Origin: Rhodospirillaceae bacterium
Lineage (GTDB): Bacteria > Pseudomonadota > Alphaproteobacteria > GCA-2731375
DNA length: 64,000 bases
Reading direction: 5' to 3'
Assembly (NCBI GenBank): GCA_018701215.1
Contig: JABIWH010000060.1
Coordinates: 41,715 to 105,714, forward strand
The position numbers were made by a program, and so were the translations under genes. The notes beneath the pieces were generated by a model. It saw only the letters and a list, made by a program, of their open reading frames with translations, was not told where the DNA came from and did no database searches. Below, piece after piece: positions 28,316 to 38,604 of this stretch (position 1 is its first letter; each line of letters begins with the position of its first letter).

Positions 28316-29125
28316 TTATTTTTCGGCCCAGGCCGGTTTGCGTTTTTCCAGGAACGAGGCGACACCTTCGCGGCCCTCGTCACTCAGCATGCATTCGGCG
28401 AAGCCCTTGGCGGCGAAGTCCAACTGGCCTTCCCGGTCCAGATGGCGGGTGGCCAGGACAATGGCCTTGGTTATGGCGTTGGCGTTTGGCGCACAGCGCA
28501 TCACCGACTTTTGGACATCCGCCTGGATCTGGTCCAGACCGGCGGCGTCATCGACCACATAGTCGGCCAGGCCCAGTCGGCCGGCTTCCGCGCCATCAAA
28601 GCGCGATGCGGTGACCATCAGGCGCCGGGCGATGCGCAGGCCCAAACGTTGCGCCACGAAAGGCGCGATCTGCGCCGGCGGGATGCCAATGGCGGTTTCG
28701 GTCATGGCAAACTTAGCATCCTTGGTCACGGCAACAATGTCGGCGGTGCAGACCATGCCCAGACCGCCCGCCATGGCGGCACCCTCCACCAGGATCAGGA
28801 CGACCTGGGGCATCTCATTGATCAGATCGAACATCAAGCCGCCTTGGCGGGATGACGCGGCGATGTCTTCCGCGGTCTGGCTGCCGCCCTGATAGTTGTT
28901 CTTGAAGCCTTTCAAATCGCCGCCGGCACAAAAGACGCCGCCCTTGCCGCGCAAGGTAATGCCCCGGATGGTACGGTCGTCGCGGACCGCGTTCAGGACC
29001 GCCTTCAACTCCGTGGTCAGCTCTTTGGAGAGGGCGTTGCGGTTGTCCGGGCGATTGAACCAGATGGTCAGCCAGCCGTTGTCATTTTCCAGCAGAATGT
29101 TTTCCGTCTTGGGTAAAGTGGTCAT
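28316..29125 (-). CDS. atuE: Enoyl-CoA hydratase (isohexenylglutaconyl-CoA hydratase-like)
   Basis: FCAGGDL, AGGLG, TE..IG..PAQIAPFV motifs; lies between the carboxylase subunits. Confidence 0.75.
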   Translation of the reverse strand: MTTLPKTENILLENDNGWLTIWFNRPDNRNALSKELTTELKAVLNAVRDDRTIRGITLRGKGGVFCAGGDLKGFKNNYQGGSQTAEDIAASSRQGGLMFDLINEMPQVVLILVEGAAMAGGLGMVCTADIVAVTKDAKFAMTETAIGIPPAQIAPFVAQRLGLRIARRLMVTASRFDGAEAGRLGLADYVVDDAAGLDQIQADVQKSVMRCAPNANAITKAIVLATRHLDREGQLDFAAKGFAECMLSDEGREGVASFLEKRKPAWAEK

Positions 29126-29139
29126 CTCTCTCTCCTAGA

Positions 29140-30762
29140 TTACAGTCTGGCGACGCCGAAAGCGTTGGGGTGAAGGTCGCGGTTGCGGGCTTCCCAGCAG
29201 GTTTCCAGGGCGAAGCCCAGAACCCGGCGGGTATCGCGCGGATCGATCATGCCTTGATCAAGCAGCCTGCCAGAGGTGTAGAAGGCATCGGATTGGGCGT
29301 CGAAATGGGCGATCAGGCGGTCTTTTTGGGCTTTCAAGGCAGCTTCGTCGACCTCCTGCCCGCGCCGCTCGGCAGAGACGCGGGCCACCTGGTCCATGGT
29401 ATTGGCGGCCTGCTCGCCGCCCATCACGCCGGTCAGGGCGTTGGGCCAGGTGAACAGAAATTCCGGCTCGTAGCCATGCCCGCCCATGCCGTAATTGCCG
29501 GCGCCAAACGAGGCGCCGATATAAAGCGTGATTTTCGGGACGCGGACGTTGGAGACGGCCTGGATCATTTTCGAGCCATGCTTGACCATGCCGCCTTGCT
29601 CATATTCCTTGCCGACCATGTAGCCGGTGGTGTTGTTCAGGAAGATGATCGGGATGTTGGCCTGATCGCACAGCTGGAAGAACTGCCCGCCCTTGGTCGC
29701 ACCCGCCGGGTCAATGGGTCCGTTGTTGCCGATGATGCCGCAGGCATTGCCATAGATGCTGGCCTGCAGACAGACGGTGGAAACGCCGTAGCGGGGTTTG
29801 AAATCCTCAAAATCGGAATCATCGACGAACCGCGCCACCAGTTCCCGCACTTCATAGGGCTTGCGGTAGTCGGGGGGTACCAGGCCGGCGATTTCGTCCG
29901 CGCTGTAGCGCGGTTCGGCGAACTTTTTCAGCTTCGGGTCCGGGCAGCCCTTGTTCCAATCCAGCTTGGCAACCAGATTGCGGGCGATCAGCAGGCCGTG
30001 GGCGTCATCCTCCGCCGTGTATTCCACCAAACCCGAAATGGTCGCGTGCATATCGGTGCCGGCGAGTTCCTCTTCATCCGAAATCTCGCCGGTCGCGGCC
30101 CGTGTCAGCGCCGCGCCGCCCAGCGATGCCCGGCCCCGCCCCTTGATGGAGATGACATAGTCGCTCATCCCCGGCATGTAGGCACCGCCCGCCGTTGCCG
30201 GGCCATGCAGCACGGTGATGGTGGGAATTCCGGCCGCGCTCAACAGCGCACGGCGATAGAAGATGCCGCCGCCATGGGCCCAGGATTCCACCTGATACTG
30301 CATCAGATTGGCGCCGGCGCTTTCCACCAGGTGCACGAAGGGTAGCTTGTGGGTCCGCGCCACGTCGAGACAGGCACGCAGCTTTTCGCCTGATTTCTGG
30401 GTCGAGGCGCCGGCATTAATGCCACTGTCATCAACATAGACCAGACAGCGCACGCCGGAGATGAAGCCAATCCCGGCCAGCGATGAGGCGCCGGGAATGG
30501 ATTTTTCGCGATCATCGGTATCGACGCAATAATTGGCCAGGCTGTACAGCTCCAGGAACGGCATGCCCGGATCCAACAGCCGCGTGCGCCGCTCACGCGG
30601 GGTCAGCTGGCCGCGCTCTTCAAAGCGGGCGCGGCGTTTTTCCGACAGCGCCCGGGCCCGGTCCTTGATTTCACGATAGTCATCCATCAGGGACAGCATT
30701 TCCTGGCGGTTAGCCGTATAGGTGTCCGTGTTGGTGCTGAGTTTGGAAGCAAAAACGCTCAT
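29140..30762 (-). CDS. atuC: Acyl-CoA carboxylase beta (carboxyltransferase) subunit
   Basis: LVESAGANL, TAGGAY.P, SFGAGNYGM, IDPRDTR motifs; atu context. Confidence 0.8.
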   Translation of the reverse strand: MSVFASKLSTNTDTYTANRQEMLSLMDDYREIKDRARALSEKRRARFEERGQLTPRERRTRLLDPGMPFLELYSLANYCVDTDDREKSIPGASSLAGIGFISGVRCLVYVDDSGINAGASTQKSGEKLRACLDVARTHKLPFVHLVESAGANLMQYQVESWAHGGGIFYRRALLSAAGIPTITVLHGPATAGGAYMPGMSDYVISIKGRGRASLGGAALTRAATGEISDEEELAGTDMHATISGLVEYTAEDDAHGLLIARNLVAKLDWNKGCPDPKLKKFAEPRYSADEIAGLVPPDYRKPYEVRELVARFVDDSDFEDFKPRYGVSTVCLQASIYGNACGIIGNNGPIDPAGATKGGQFFQLCDQANIPIIFLNNTTGYMVGKEYEQGGMVKHGSKMIQAVSNVRVPKITLYIGASFGAGNYGMGGHGYEPEFLFTWPNALTGVMGGEQAANTMDQVARVSAERRGQEVDEAALKAQKDRLIAHFDAQSDAFYTSGRLLDQGMIDPRDTRRVLGFALETCWEARNRDLHPNAFGVARL

Positions 30763-32550
30763 CTAAAGGTTCTCCGCCATGGCTTTTGGTATCGAAATTG
30801 GATGGTCCAGCAAAATTTGCGCATAGCCCTTGCCCTGGGCATCGCTGCGCAGAGAGGCGACGCCGCCGCCGCCCAGGATCTCGTCCATCAGGAAGTTGAT
30901 CGCGTTGGAACCGGGCATCAGGAAACGCTCCGTCTCCCCCTCCAAAAAATGCGAGAAGCGGCCCGAAACCACGCCTTCGCTCAACGCGGCCCAGATATAG
31001 GGCAGATAATCCGCCTGGCGGGCGATGATGCCCACATTGGCCTTGTTACCCTTGTCGCCGCTGCGGCCCCAGGCCAGATCGATCAGGGGAACGTCCACCA
31101 TCTCGCCGTCATTGGCGGGGGCGGCGGGATCGCTTGGACGCTGGATCATGCCGTCCGCGAAAGTCTCGGTGATGGAACGCGCGAAGGTCAGCTCCCGGTC
31201 GCCAAAGTCGATCTGGATGCTCAGGTCGTCCTTGGGGATCAGGAAGGAAAACAGTCGTACCACGGGCGAAGGCTTGGCCCGGGCACCGGAAAAGCCTGAC
31301 AAACCGGGTGGTGTCGCCAGGCCCATGCCGGTAGCTTCCTTCAACAAAATGCCGATACCGGCCTGTTCGGGATGCTTGGCGGCGAATTTCAGAACCACTT
31401 CCCTGGCGCCGCTGATCCGGCGATGTTCGCCGAACTGGCTTTCCGCGCCCAGGATCTCGACGCTGGTTTCGGTAAAATCACCCAAGTTCGAGGCCCGCAG
31501 TGCCGTACTCGCCCGCTTGAAGGCGTTCTTGGCAAAACCGCGCGCTTTCTTGTCGGCGTCGACGCCATAAAAGGTCATCAGCGTGCCGCCGCGCCAGCCG
31601 TCGCCATAGGTGGCGGAGACCTTGTAACTGTCCGTCGCGGGATAGCCCTTGGCGCCCGCCACATGGACGCGATCTTCGGCAGCCTGGGTGATTTTCACGG
31701 CGGAGAAATCACAGACCACATCGGGTACGATATAGGCCTGGGGGTCGCCAATTTCATAGATCATCTGTTCCGAGACCGTGCCCACGGATACCGTGCCGCC
31801 GGTGCCGTCAACCTTGACCACATCGAAGCTGCCGTCGGCGGAAACCTCGCCGATGGGATAGCCGACAATGTCCATGTTATCGACCACCAGATGCCAGTCG
31901 GTGAAATTGCCGCCCGTGGCCTGGGGGCCGCATTCCAGCAGATGGCCAGCTAATGTTCCGCCCGAAAGCTTGTCCCATTCCTTGGCACTCCAGCCGAATT
32001 CGTGGATGCAGGCACCCAAGGTCACGGCGCTGTCCACCGAACGTCCGGTAATGACGATGTCGGCGCCCTCGTCCAACGCCTGGGCAATGGGAAAAGCGCC
32101 CAGGTAGGCGTTGACGCTGGCCATGCGGGCGGGATCGGGGAAGCTTTCGCCAGAGAACATTTCGGTCGGTGAAAGGTTATCCTTTTGCCCGATCAGATCA
32201 TCGCCCAGGACCACCGCCACTTTCAGATCCAGGCCCTGGTCCGAGATCAGCGCGCGCACTGCCTCGCCACAGGCGCGGGGATTGACGCCGCCGGCATTGG
32301 AGATGATCTTGACGCCCTGCTTGGCGATCTCGGCCAAATTCTGTTTCATCACTACAGAGACAAAGTCACGGGCATAGCCGGCTTGTGGGTCTTTCGTCCG
32401 AGCCCGGGCCATGATCGACATGGTGATCTCGGCCAGGTAGTCATAGACGATATAGTCGATGCCGCCTGCCTTGAGGAACTGCGGCGTGGCCATGCCGCTA
32501 TCGCCCCAATAGCCGCTGGCACCGCCGATGCGGATGATCTTGTCGCTCAT
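30763..32550 (-). CDS. atuA: Acyclic terpene utilisation protein AtuA (DUF1446)
   Basis: GYWGD, DYLAE.TM, NAGG.NP, GHLLECG.Q.TGGN, RSGDKG, D.QGK motifs. Confidence 0.92.
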   Translation of the reverse strand: MSDKIIRIGGASGYWGDSGMATPQFLKAGGIDYIVYDYLAEITMSIMARARTKDPQAGYARDFVSVVMKQNLAEIAKQGVKIISNAGGVNPRACGEAVRALISDQGLDLKVAVVLGDDLIGQKDNLSPTEMFSGESFPDPARMASVNAYLGAFPIAQALDEGADIVITGRSVDSAVTLGACIHEFGWSAKEWDKLSGGTLAGHLLECGPQATGGNFTDWHLVVDNMDIVGYPIGEVSADGSFDVVKVDGTGGTVSVGTVSEQMIYEIGDPQAYIVPDVVCDFSAVKITQAAEDRVHVAGAKGYPATDSYKVSATYGDGWRGGTLMTFYGVDADKKARGFAKNAFKRASTALRASNLGDFTETSVEILGAESQFGEHRRISGAREVVLKFAAKHPEQAGIGILLKEATGMGLATPPGLSGFSGARAKPSPVVRLFSFLIPKDDLSIQIDFGDRELTFARSITETFADGMIQRPSDPAAPANDGEMVDVPLIDLAWGRSGDKGNKANVGIIARQADYLPYIWAALSEGVVSGRFSHFLEGETERFLMPGSNAINFLMDEILGGGGVASLRSDAQGKGYAQILLDHPISIPKAMAENL

Positions 32551-32553
32551 GAT

Positions 32554-33741
32554 CTAGTTCCTTTCATTGGCATGGCCCTTGGAATTCTTCCGGCCCGGAT
32601 GGATGCCCAGGGATTTCGCCACCACTTCCAGCATGATCTCGTTGGCGCCGCCGCCGATGGCGGTCTGGCGAATGTCGCGGAAAGCGCGGGAAATCCAGTT
32701 TTCGTTCATCACCCCCTGGCCGCCCCAGAATTGCAGGCATTCGCTGGGGATACTCATGGACATCTTGCCCACCATATATTTTGCCATTGATGCCAGCTTG
32801 GTCACGTCCTCGCCCGCCATGTAAGCATCCGTTGCGCGGTAGAGTAAGGCACGCGCGGCCTCGACCTCCGTCTGCATGGCGGATAGCTTGTGATAGACCG
32901 ATTGATTGCTGAGCACGGACTGGCCAAAGACCTGGCGCTGGGAGGCATACTCAATGGTTTCCTCAATGCACATTTCCATGGCGCGCAAGCCGCGGGCGGT
33001 AACGAACATGCGCTCTTCCTGGAACTGAGCCATCTGATAGATGAAGCCCTGGCCTTCCTCGCCGATCAGATTGCGGGCCGGCACGCGGACATCGTCAAAG
33101 AACAGCTCGGCGGTATCGGAACAGCGCAGCACCAACTTATCCAACTTGCGGGAAACGCTGACACCCTTGGTTTTTAACGGCACCACGATCAGGGATTTGT
33201 TCCTGTGCGGTCCGCCCTGCTCGGAGGTATTCACCAACAGACAGATCCAGTCACCCTGGATACCGTTGGTGATCCACATTTTCGAACCATTGATGACATA
33301 GTCGCCACCGTCACGGCGCGCGGTGGTCTTGATCTTGGAGACATCGGAGCCCGCATGGCCTTCGCTAACGCCAATGCAGCCGACCAGCTCGCCGGCAATG
33401 GTGGGTACCAGGAATTCCTGCTTCAAGGCCTCGCTACCATGGGCCAGCAGCGCCGGGGTGCACATGGTGGTCTGCACGCCAAGCGCGGTGCCGATGCCGG
33501 ACGAGCGGATGTTGCCCAGGGTCTCGGCAAACAGCATCTCGAACGAGAAATCCAGATCCAGGCCGCCATACTGTTCCGGCTTGCCAATGCCCAGCAGGCC
33601 GGCCTCGGCGAATTTCTTCATCACCTGATGGGCCGGAAAGATCTGATCCCGCTCCCATTCGTCGAGATCGGGATGGATGTGTTCCTCAATCAGCTTCACC
33701 GTGGTGCGCTGCATCTCGTGATGTTCATGGCTCAACTGCAT
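32554..33741 (-). CDS. Acyl-CoA dehydrogenase (citronellyl-CoA dehydrogenase AtuD-like), copy 2
   Basis: QT.MCTPAL, IGVSE..AGSDV, QFQEER, AIGGGA.E; start placed at MQLSH. Confidence 0.9.
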   Translation of the reverse strand: MQLSHEHHEMQRTTVKLIEEHIHPDLDEWERDQIFPAHQVMKKFAEAGLLGIGKPEQYGGLDLDFSFEMLFAETLGNIRSSGIGTALGVQTTMCTPALLAHGSEALKQEFLVPTIAGELVGCIGVSEGHAGSDVSKIKTTARRDGGDYVINGSKMWITNGIQGDWICLLVNTSEQGGPHRNKSLIVVPLKTKGVSVSRKLDKLVLRCSDTAELFFDDVRVPARNLIGEEGQGFIYQMAQFQEERMFVTARGLRAMEMCIEETIEYASQRQVFGQSVLSNQSVYHKLSAMQTEVEAARALLYRATDAYMAGEDVTKLASMAKYMVGKMSMSIPSECLQFWGGQGVMNENWISRAFRDIRQTAIGGGANEIMLEVVAKSLGIHPGRKNSKGHANERN

Positions 33742-33758
33742 GGTTGTTCGCCCTGGGC

Positions 33759-34934
33759 CTAACGCTTGCTGCGTTTGCCGGGATGGATGCCCATGGATTT
33801 GGCGATCACTTCCAGCATGATTTCGCTGGCGCCGCCGCCGATGGCGGTGACCCGCATGTCCCGGTAGGCGCGGGAGACATAGTTTTCGTTCATCACCCCC
33901 TGGCCGCCCCAGAACTGCATGCATTCGGTGGGGACTTTCAGGGCCAGCTTGCCGATCATGTACTTGCCCATGGAGGCGAGCTTAGTGACGTCCTCGCCCG
34001 CCAGATAGCGTTCGGCGGCTTGATACAGCACGGCGCGGCAGGCTTCCACCTCGGTATGTAGCTCCGCCAGCTTGTGATAGACGACCTGGTTATCGCGCAC
34101 GGGTATATCGAAGACCTGGCGCTGGCCGGTGTACTCGATGGTGTCCTCGATCACCATGTCCAACACGCGCAGGCCCCGGGCCACGGCAAACATGCGTTCC
34201 TCCTGGAACTGTTCCATCTGATAGGTGAAGCCCATGTTTTCTTCGCCGATGCGGTTCCCCACGGGCACGCGGACGTCGTCGAAGAACAATTCGGCGGTGT
34301 CGGAACAGACCAGTCCCAGCTTGTCCAGCTTGCGCGAGACGCTAACGCCCTTAGCCTTCAAGGGCACCACGATCAGGGATTTGTTGCGGTGGCGCCCCCC
34401 AGAGGAGCTGTCGGTAGATGTATTCGCCAGCAGGCAAATCCAGTCGCCCTGGACACCGTTGGTGATCCACATTTTCGAGCCGTTAATGATGTAGTCGTCG
34501 CCGTCGCGCCGCGCCGTGGTTTTGATCTGGGCCACGTCGGAACCGGCGGACAATTCGCTGACACCGATGCAGCCGACCAACTCGCCCGCGATGGTCGGCG
34601 CCAGATAGTTCCGCTTCAACTCGTCATTGCCGTGCTGGGCCAGGGCCGGGGTGCACATGGTGGTCTGCACTCCGATGGAGGTGGAAACACCGTTGGCGCG
34701 GATATTGCCCAGGGCCTCGGCGAAGACCATTTCATAGGAGAAATCCAAATCCAGGCCACCGAATTCCGCCGGCTTGCCGATACCCAACAGGCCGGCCTCG
34801 GCGAAGATTTTCATCACATCGTGGGCCGGATAGATCTCGGCCTTTTCCCATTCATCCACATACGGGTTGATGTGCTCGGCGACGATCCGTTCCGTGGTCC
34901 GGGCCAGTTCCTGGTGCTGTTGGGTGAAAAGCAT
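33759..34934 (-). CDS. Acyl-CoA dehydrogenase (AtuD-like), copy 1
   Basis: Same motifs as the neighbouring copy; N-terminus MLFTQQH. Confidence 0.9.
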   Translation of the reverse strand: MLFTQQHQELARTTERIVAEHINPYVDEWEKAEIYPAHDVMKIFAEAGLLGIGKPAEFGGLDLDFSYEMVFAEALGNIRANGVSTSIGVQTTMCTPALAQHGNDELKRNYLAPTIAGELVGCIGVSELSAGSDVAQIKTTARRDGDDYIINGSKMWITNGVQGDWICLLANTSTDSSSGGRHRNKSLIVVPLKAKGVSVSRKLDKLGLVCSDTAELFFDDVRVPVGNRIGEENMGFTYQMEQFQEERMFAVARGLRVLDMVIEDTIEYTGQRQVFDIPVRDNQVVYHKLAELHTEVEACRAVLYQAAERYLAGEDVTKLASMGKYMIGKLALKVPTECMQFWGGQGVMNENYVSRAYRDMRVTAIGGGASEIMLEVIAKSMGIHPGKRSKR

Positions 34935-34948
34935 GTTGCGTGCGGCTC

Positions 34949-36595
34949 CTATCCGTCCCCGGTCAGTTTGTAATCGGCAAAGGCTTCGCGCAGTTTCAGT
35001 TTATAGATCTTGCCCGTGCCCGTATGGGGCAGCTCGTCCAAAAATTCGACCGCATCAGGCAACCACCAACTCGCCACCTTTTCACGTAGATAGTCGAGGA
35101 TCTGCTGATCTGTAATCTGGCTGTCGGGCATCCGTACCGCAATCAGCAAGGGGCGTTCCTGCCATTTCGGATGCTCCACCGCAATCACGGCGGCCTCGGC
35201 GATCTCCGGGTGGCCCATGGCGGCATTTTCCAGCTCGACCGAGCTGATCCACTCGCCACCGGATTTGATCACGTCCTTGGAGCGGTCCGCCAATTCCACA
35301 TAGCCGTTGGCATGCAGCAGCGCCACATCACCCGTATGCAGCCAGCCACCGACCACGCCAGTGGCACCGGTCAGGCCGTCCTGTTTCATATAGCCCGACG
35401 CCACGGTCGGTCCGCGCACCAATAGATGGCCCTGGGCAACGCCGTCCTTGGGCAGTTCGTTGCCGTCGTCATCGATAATTCTGAACTTGGAGCCAAAGGC
35501 CTGGCGCCCGCCGTACTGATAGGCGTCCAGCTTGGCCGCATCATCGGGCTCGGTGCTGCCGCCCAAGGGCGAGAACTTGGTCGACGACAGCGCCTCCGTC
35601 ATGCCCCAGCCTTGCATGGGCTCGACGCCAAAGTCCTGCAACAGGCTTTCCTGCAGGGCGCGCGGCGGTTTCGAGCCGCTCATCACCGTGCCCCGCAAAT
35701 GGCTGAAGCGCTTGCCGGTTTCCTTCATATGGTTCAGCAGGATCATCCAGATGGTCGGCACGCCAAAACACAGCGTGACGCCTTCGCTTTCCATTATTTC
35801 GTACAGTTTTTCCGGTTCGTACTCTCGGCCGGGCAGAACCAGGTTGTAACCCATCATCGGCGCGGTAAAGGGCGTCTGCCAGCCATTGCCATGAAACAAC
35901 GGCGCCATGGGCATGAAGACTTCGCGCAGGCCGGTTTTAAAACCGGAGATATTGTCGCCGAGCATTTGCATGAATGCGGTCAGGATGGTCGAACGGTGGC
36001 TATAAACCACGCCCTTTGGGTTGCCGGTAGTTCCGGATGTGTAACAAATTGTTGAGGCCTTGCGTTCATCGAACTCCGGCCATTCATAGTCGCCGTCCTC
36101 CGCCGCCAGCAGGTCCTCGTAGAATTCGACCCTGGACAGGTTCAAATCGTCCGGCAATTCGTCCCGGCCACCGAAAAAGATATAGCCGCGCACCGTTGTC
36201 AGTTCCGGCGCCAGATCCCTGATCAGATCAGCACAACCGGCGTCAAAAGCCAGCCAGGCGTCCTCCGCATGGTTGGCGATATAAACCAATTGTTCATGGA
36301 ACAGGCGTGGGTTGATGGTGTGCAGCACCCCGCCCATGCCGGGGACGCCATAGAACATTTCGAAATACTGCCGGGTATTCCAGGCCAGGGCGCCGACCCG
36401 TTCGCCGTCTTTGACGCCCAGTTTTTCCAGGGCCTGGGCCAATTTCTTGCAGCGGACTTGCGCATCCCGATAGGTGTAGCGGTGGATCTTGCCATCCAGC
36501 TCCCGGCTGGCGACTTCGCGGTCGCCATGGCACTCGGCGGCGTAATCGATCATGGACGAAACCAGCAGCGGCACATCCATCATTAAACCCTGCAT
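34949..36595 (-). CDS. Medium/long-chain fatty-acid-CoA ligase (AlkK/DmdB-like)
   Basis: [36 protein letters not shown] motifs. Confidence 0.9.
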   Translation of the reverse strand: MQGLMMDVPLLVSSMIDYAAECHGDREVASRELDGKIHRYTYRDAQVRCKKLAQALEKLGVKDGERVGALAWNTRQYFEMFYGVPGMGGVLHTINPRLFHEQLVYIANHAEDAWLAFDAGCADLIRDLAPELTTVRGYIFFGGRDELPDDLNLSRVEFYEDLLAAEDGDYEWPEFDERKASTICYTSGTTGNPKGVVYSHRSTILTAFMQMLGDNISGFKTGLREVFMPMAPLFHGNGWQTPFTAPMMGYNLVLPGREYEPEKLYEIMESEGVTLCFGVPTIWMILLNHMKETGKRFSHLRGTVMSGSKPPRALQESLLQDFGVEPMQGWGMTEALSSTKFSPLGGSTEPDDAAKLDAYQYGGRQAFGSKFRIIDDDGNELPKDGVAQGHLLVRGPTVASGYMKQDGLTGATGVVGGWLHTGDVALLHANGYVELADRSKDVIKSGGEWISSVELENAAMGHPEIAEAAVIAVEHPKWQERPLLIAVRMPDSQITDQQILDYLREKVASWWLPDAVEFLDELPHTGTGKIYKLKLREAFADYKLTGDG

Positions 36596-36628
36596 CGCGC
36601 ATCCTCCCAGAAAGCAATTTACCTTGTA

Positions 36629-36665
36629 AATGAAGCATATTCATATATACTGAGTCAAGATCATT
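36629..36665. promoter_or_regulatory. Tandem TGA-N7-TCA palindromes, candidate TetR operators in a divergent promoter
   Basis: AATGAAGCATATTCATA and ACTGAGTCAAGATCATT, spaced 20 bp apart. Confidence 0.5.
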
Positions 36666-36700
36666 ATTCCTTTCGCCCGCCAAGAGTTGGAGAGAATGAG

Positions 36701-37843
36701 ATGCTGAGTCCCTTTGAAAATGAAGAACGCATTGCCTTCCGCGACAGCATCCGGCGCTTCATCGAGAAAGACATCAAACCTTATGTGGATGAGTGGGACG
36801 AGGCAGGCGAGATCCCGTGGGAGATCCATGAAAAGGCCGGCGCCATCGGCTTCTTCGGCTTCGGCATCAAAGAGGAATATGGCGGCCTGGGTTTCGAAGA
36901 CTGCTTCATGCGGGCGGCGGCGTGGGAGGAATTCGGCAAATGTGGCGCCAACGGCGTGCCGGCGGCTCTGGGCGGGCGCAGTATATCCCTGGGCCCCATT
37001 CAAGACCTGGCCTCGGAGGAAATCAGACAGCACGCCCTGGCCGATATCGTGGCGGGGCGCAAAGGTTCCTCGCTCGCCATAACGGAACCGTCGGGCGGCT
37101 CCGACGTCGCCAACATGAAAACCAGGGCGCATCGCGACGGCAATCACTGGGTCCTGAACGGCTCCAAGACCTTTATCACCGGCGCCATGAAAAGTGACTA
37201 TTTCGTGGTCGGCGCCCGCACCGGTGATGACGGCCTGGCCGGGATTTCCTTGTTCTTTGTCGAGGCAGACATGCCCGGATTTTCCCGCACGTCGATCGAA
37301 CGCAAGATGGGCTGGTGGTGTTCGGACACGGCAACGCTGTATTTCGATGACTGCCGGGTGCCGGCGGAAAACCTCATGGGTGAGGAAAACCGCGGCTTTA
37401 TCGCCATCATGAAGAACTTCAACCTCGAACGGGTCAATATCATCGCTCAGGCGTTGGGTATGATGAAAGTCTGCCTGGAGGAATCCATCGCCTACGCGCA
37501 GGAGCGGCAGACCTTCAACAAGCCGCTGATCCAGCATCAGGTGATCCGCCACAAGATCGCCGATATGTCCGCCAAGATCGATGCGGTCGAGGCCTATCTC
37601 AACCAGATCTGCTGGTTGGTCAATGAAAGCGAGATGCCGGCGGCGGAGATTTGCAAGGGTAAATTCCTGGCCACCAAGTCGCTGGAATTCTGCGCCTCCG
37701 AGGCCATGCAGATTTTTGGCGGTGCCGGCTATCTGCGCGGCAACCTGGTGGAGCGGGTCTACCGCGAGGTCAAGGTGATGGCCATTGGCGGCGGCTCGGA
37801 AGAAATCATGCGGGATCTGGCCGTGCGGCAAATGGGACTATAG
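36701..37843 (+). CDS. Acyl-CoA dehydrogenase
   Basis: LAITEPSGGSDV, NGSKTFIT, NFNLER, IGGGSEE motifs. Confidence 0.95.
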   Translation: MLSPFENEERIAFRDSIRRFIEKDIKPYVDEWDEAGEIPWEIHEKAGAIGFFGFGIKEEYGGLGFEDCFMRAAAWEEFGKCGANGVPAALGGRSISLGPIQDLASEEIRQHALADIVAGRKGSSLAITEPSGGSDVANMKTRAHRDGNHWVLNGSKTFITGAMKSDYFVVGARTGDDGLAGISLFFVEADMPGFSRTSIERKMGWWCSDTATLYFDDCRVPAENLMGEENRGFIAIMKNFNLERVNIIAQALGMMKVCLEESIAYAQERQTFNKPLIQHQVIRHKIADMSAKIDAVEAYLNQICWLVNESEMPAAEICKGKFLATKSLEFCASEAMQIFGGAGYLRGNLVERVYREVKVMAIGGGSEEIMRDLAVRQMGL

Positions 37844-37865
37844 GGCGTGGCGGGGGAGCAACGAT

Positions 37866-38573
37866 ATGGCTGAGGCGCGGACAGGAACCCGGCGGCAACG
37901 GGTTGAGCAGAAAGAGCAGGCGATCATCGCCGCCGCCCGCGCGGTCTTTCAGGAACACGGCTTCGATGGCGCCAAAATTGCCGAGATCGCTAAACTGGCC
38001 GGTGTCGCCGAGGGTACGGTCTATCTGTATTTCGAGAACAAGAACGCCCTGTTGTTGGCGGTGGCGGCTGAATTCTATGACCGCCTGACCCGCGACGCGG
38101 CGGAAGGTATCAAGGACTTGCCTGACACCGCCGCTAAGCTGACCTTTCTGGCCCGCCATCATATGGAGCGGGTGGCGGCGGAATGGCCCATGCTGGGTAT
38201 GGCCATGACGCCCGCCAAGGTTTCCGATGAATATCGCCAATCGGAGGAATATCAGCTCAACCGCACCTATGTGGAAGTGTTCGACCAAGTCATCCGAGAC
38301 GGCGTCAACCGCTCTGAAATTCGGGCCGACCTGCCCTTGAGCGTAGTCCGGGATTTGTTCTATGGCGGCCTGGAGTATGGCGCCCGCACCATGCGCATGC
38401 GTCCCTCCAAAACCGATATTGACGAGACGATTGCAAATTTCATGCTGATCCTGACCGCGGGCATGTTCGTCCCACCGGTGCAGGCAGAGGCAGGCGGTGG
38501 CGCCGACAAAATGCAGGCGGTACTGAGCCGTCTGGAAAAAGTCGCCGGCAGATTAGAGACGGCGGCTGACTGA
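37866..38573 (+). CDS. TetR/AcrR-family regulator (FadR/YsiA-like)
   Basis: AA..VF...GF....I.EIA..AGVAEGTVYLYF.NK HTH; GGGAG RBS before MAEAR. Confidence 0.92.
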   Translation: MAEARTGTRRQRVEQKEQAIIAAARAVFQEHGFDGAKIAEIAKLAGVAEGTVYLYFENKNALLLAVAAEFYDRLTRDAAEGIKDLPDTAAKLTFLARHHMERVAAEWPMLGMAMTPAKVSDEYRQSEEYQLNRTYVEVFDQVIRDGVNRSEIRADLPLSVVRDLFYGGLEYGARTMRMRPSKTDIDETIANFMLILTAGMFVPPVQAEAGGGADKMQAVLSRLEKVAGRLETAAD

Positions 38574-38604
38574 ACCAGCCTTGCCGGCTCACTATTTTGG
38601 GGCG

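Noticed and set aside
33742-33924. ORF-track N-terminal extensions, also at 57591-57926, 48412-48606, 60350-60730 and 19781-19891
   Set aside because: They overlap neighbouring genes or precede a better RBS and start; trimmed starts were used.
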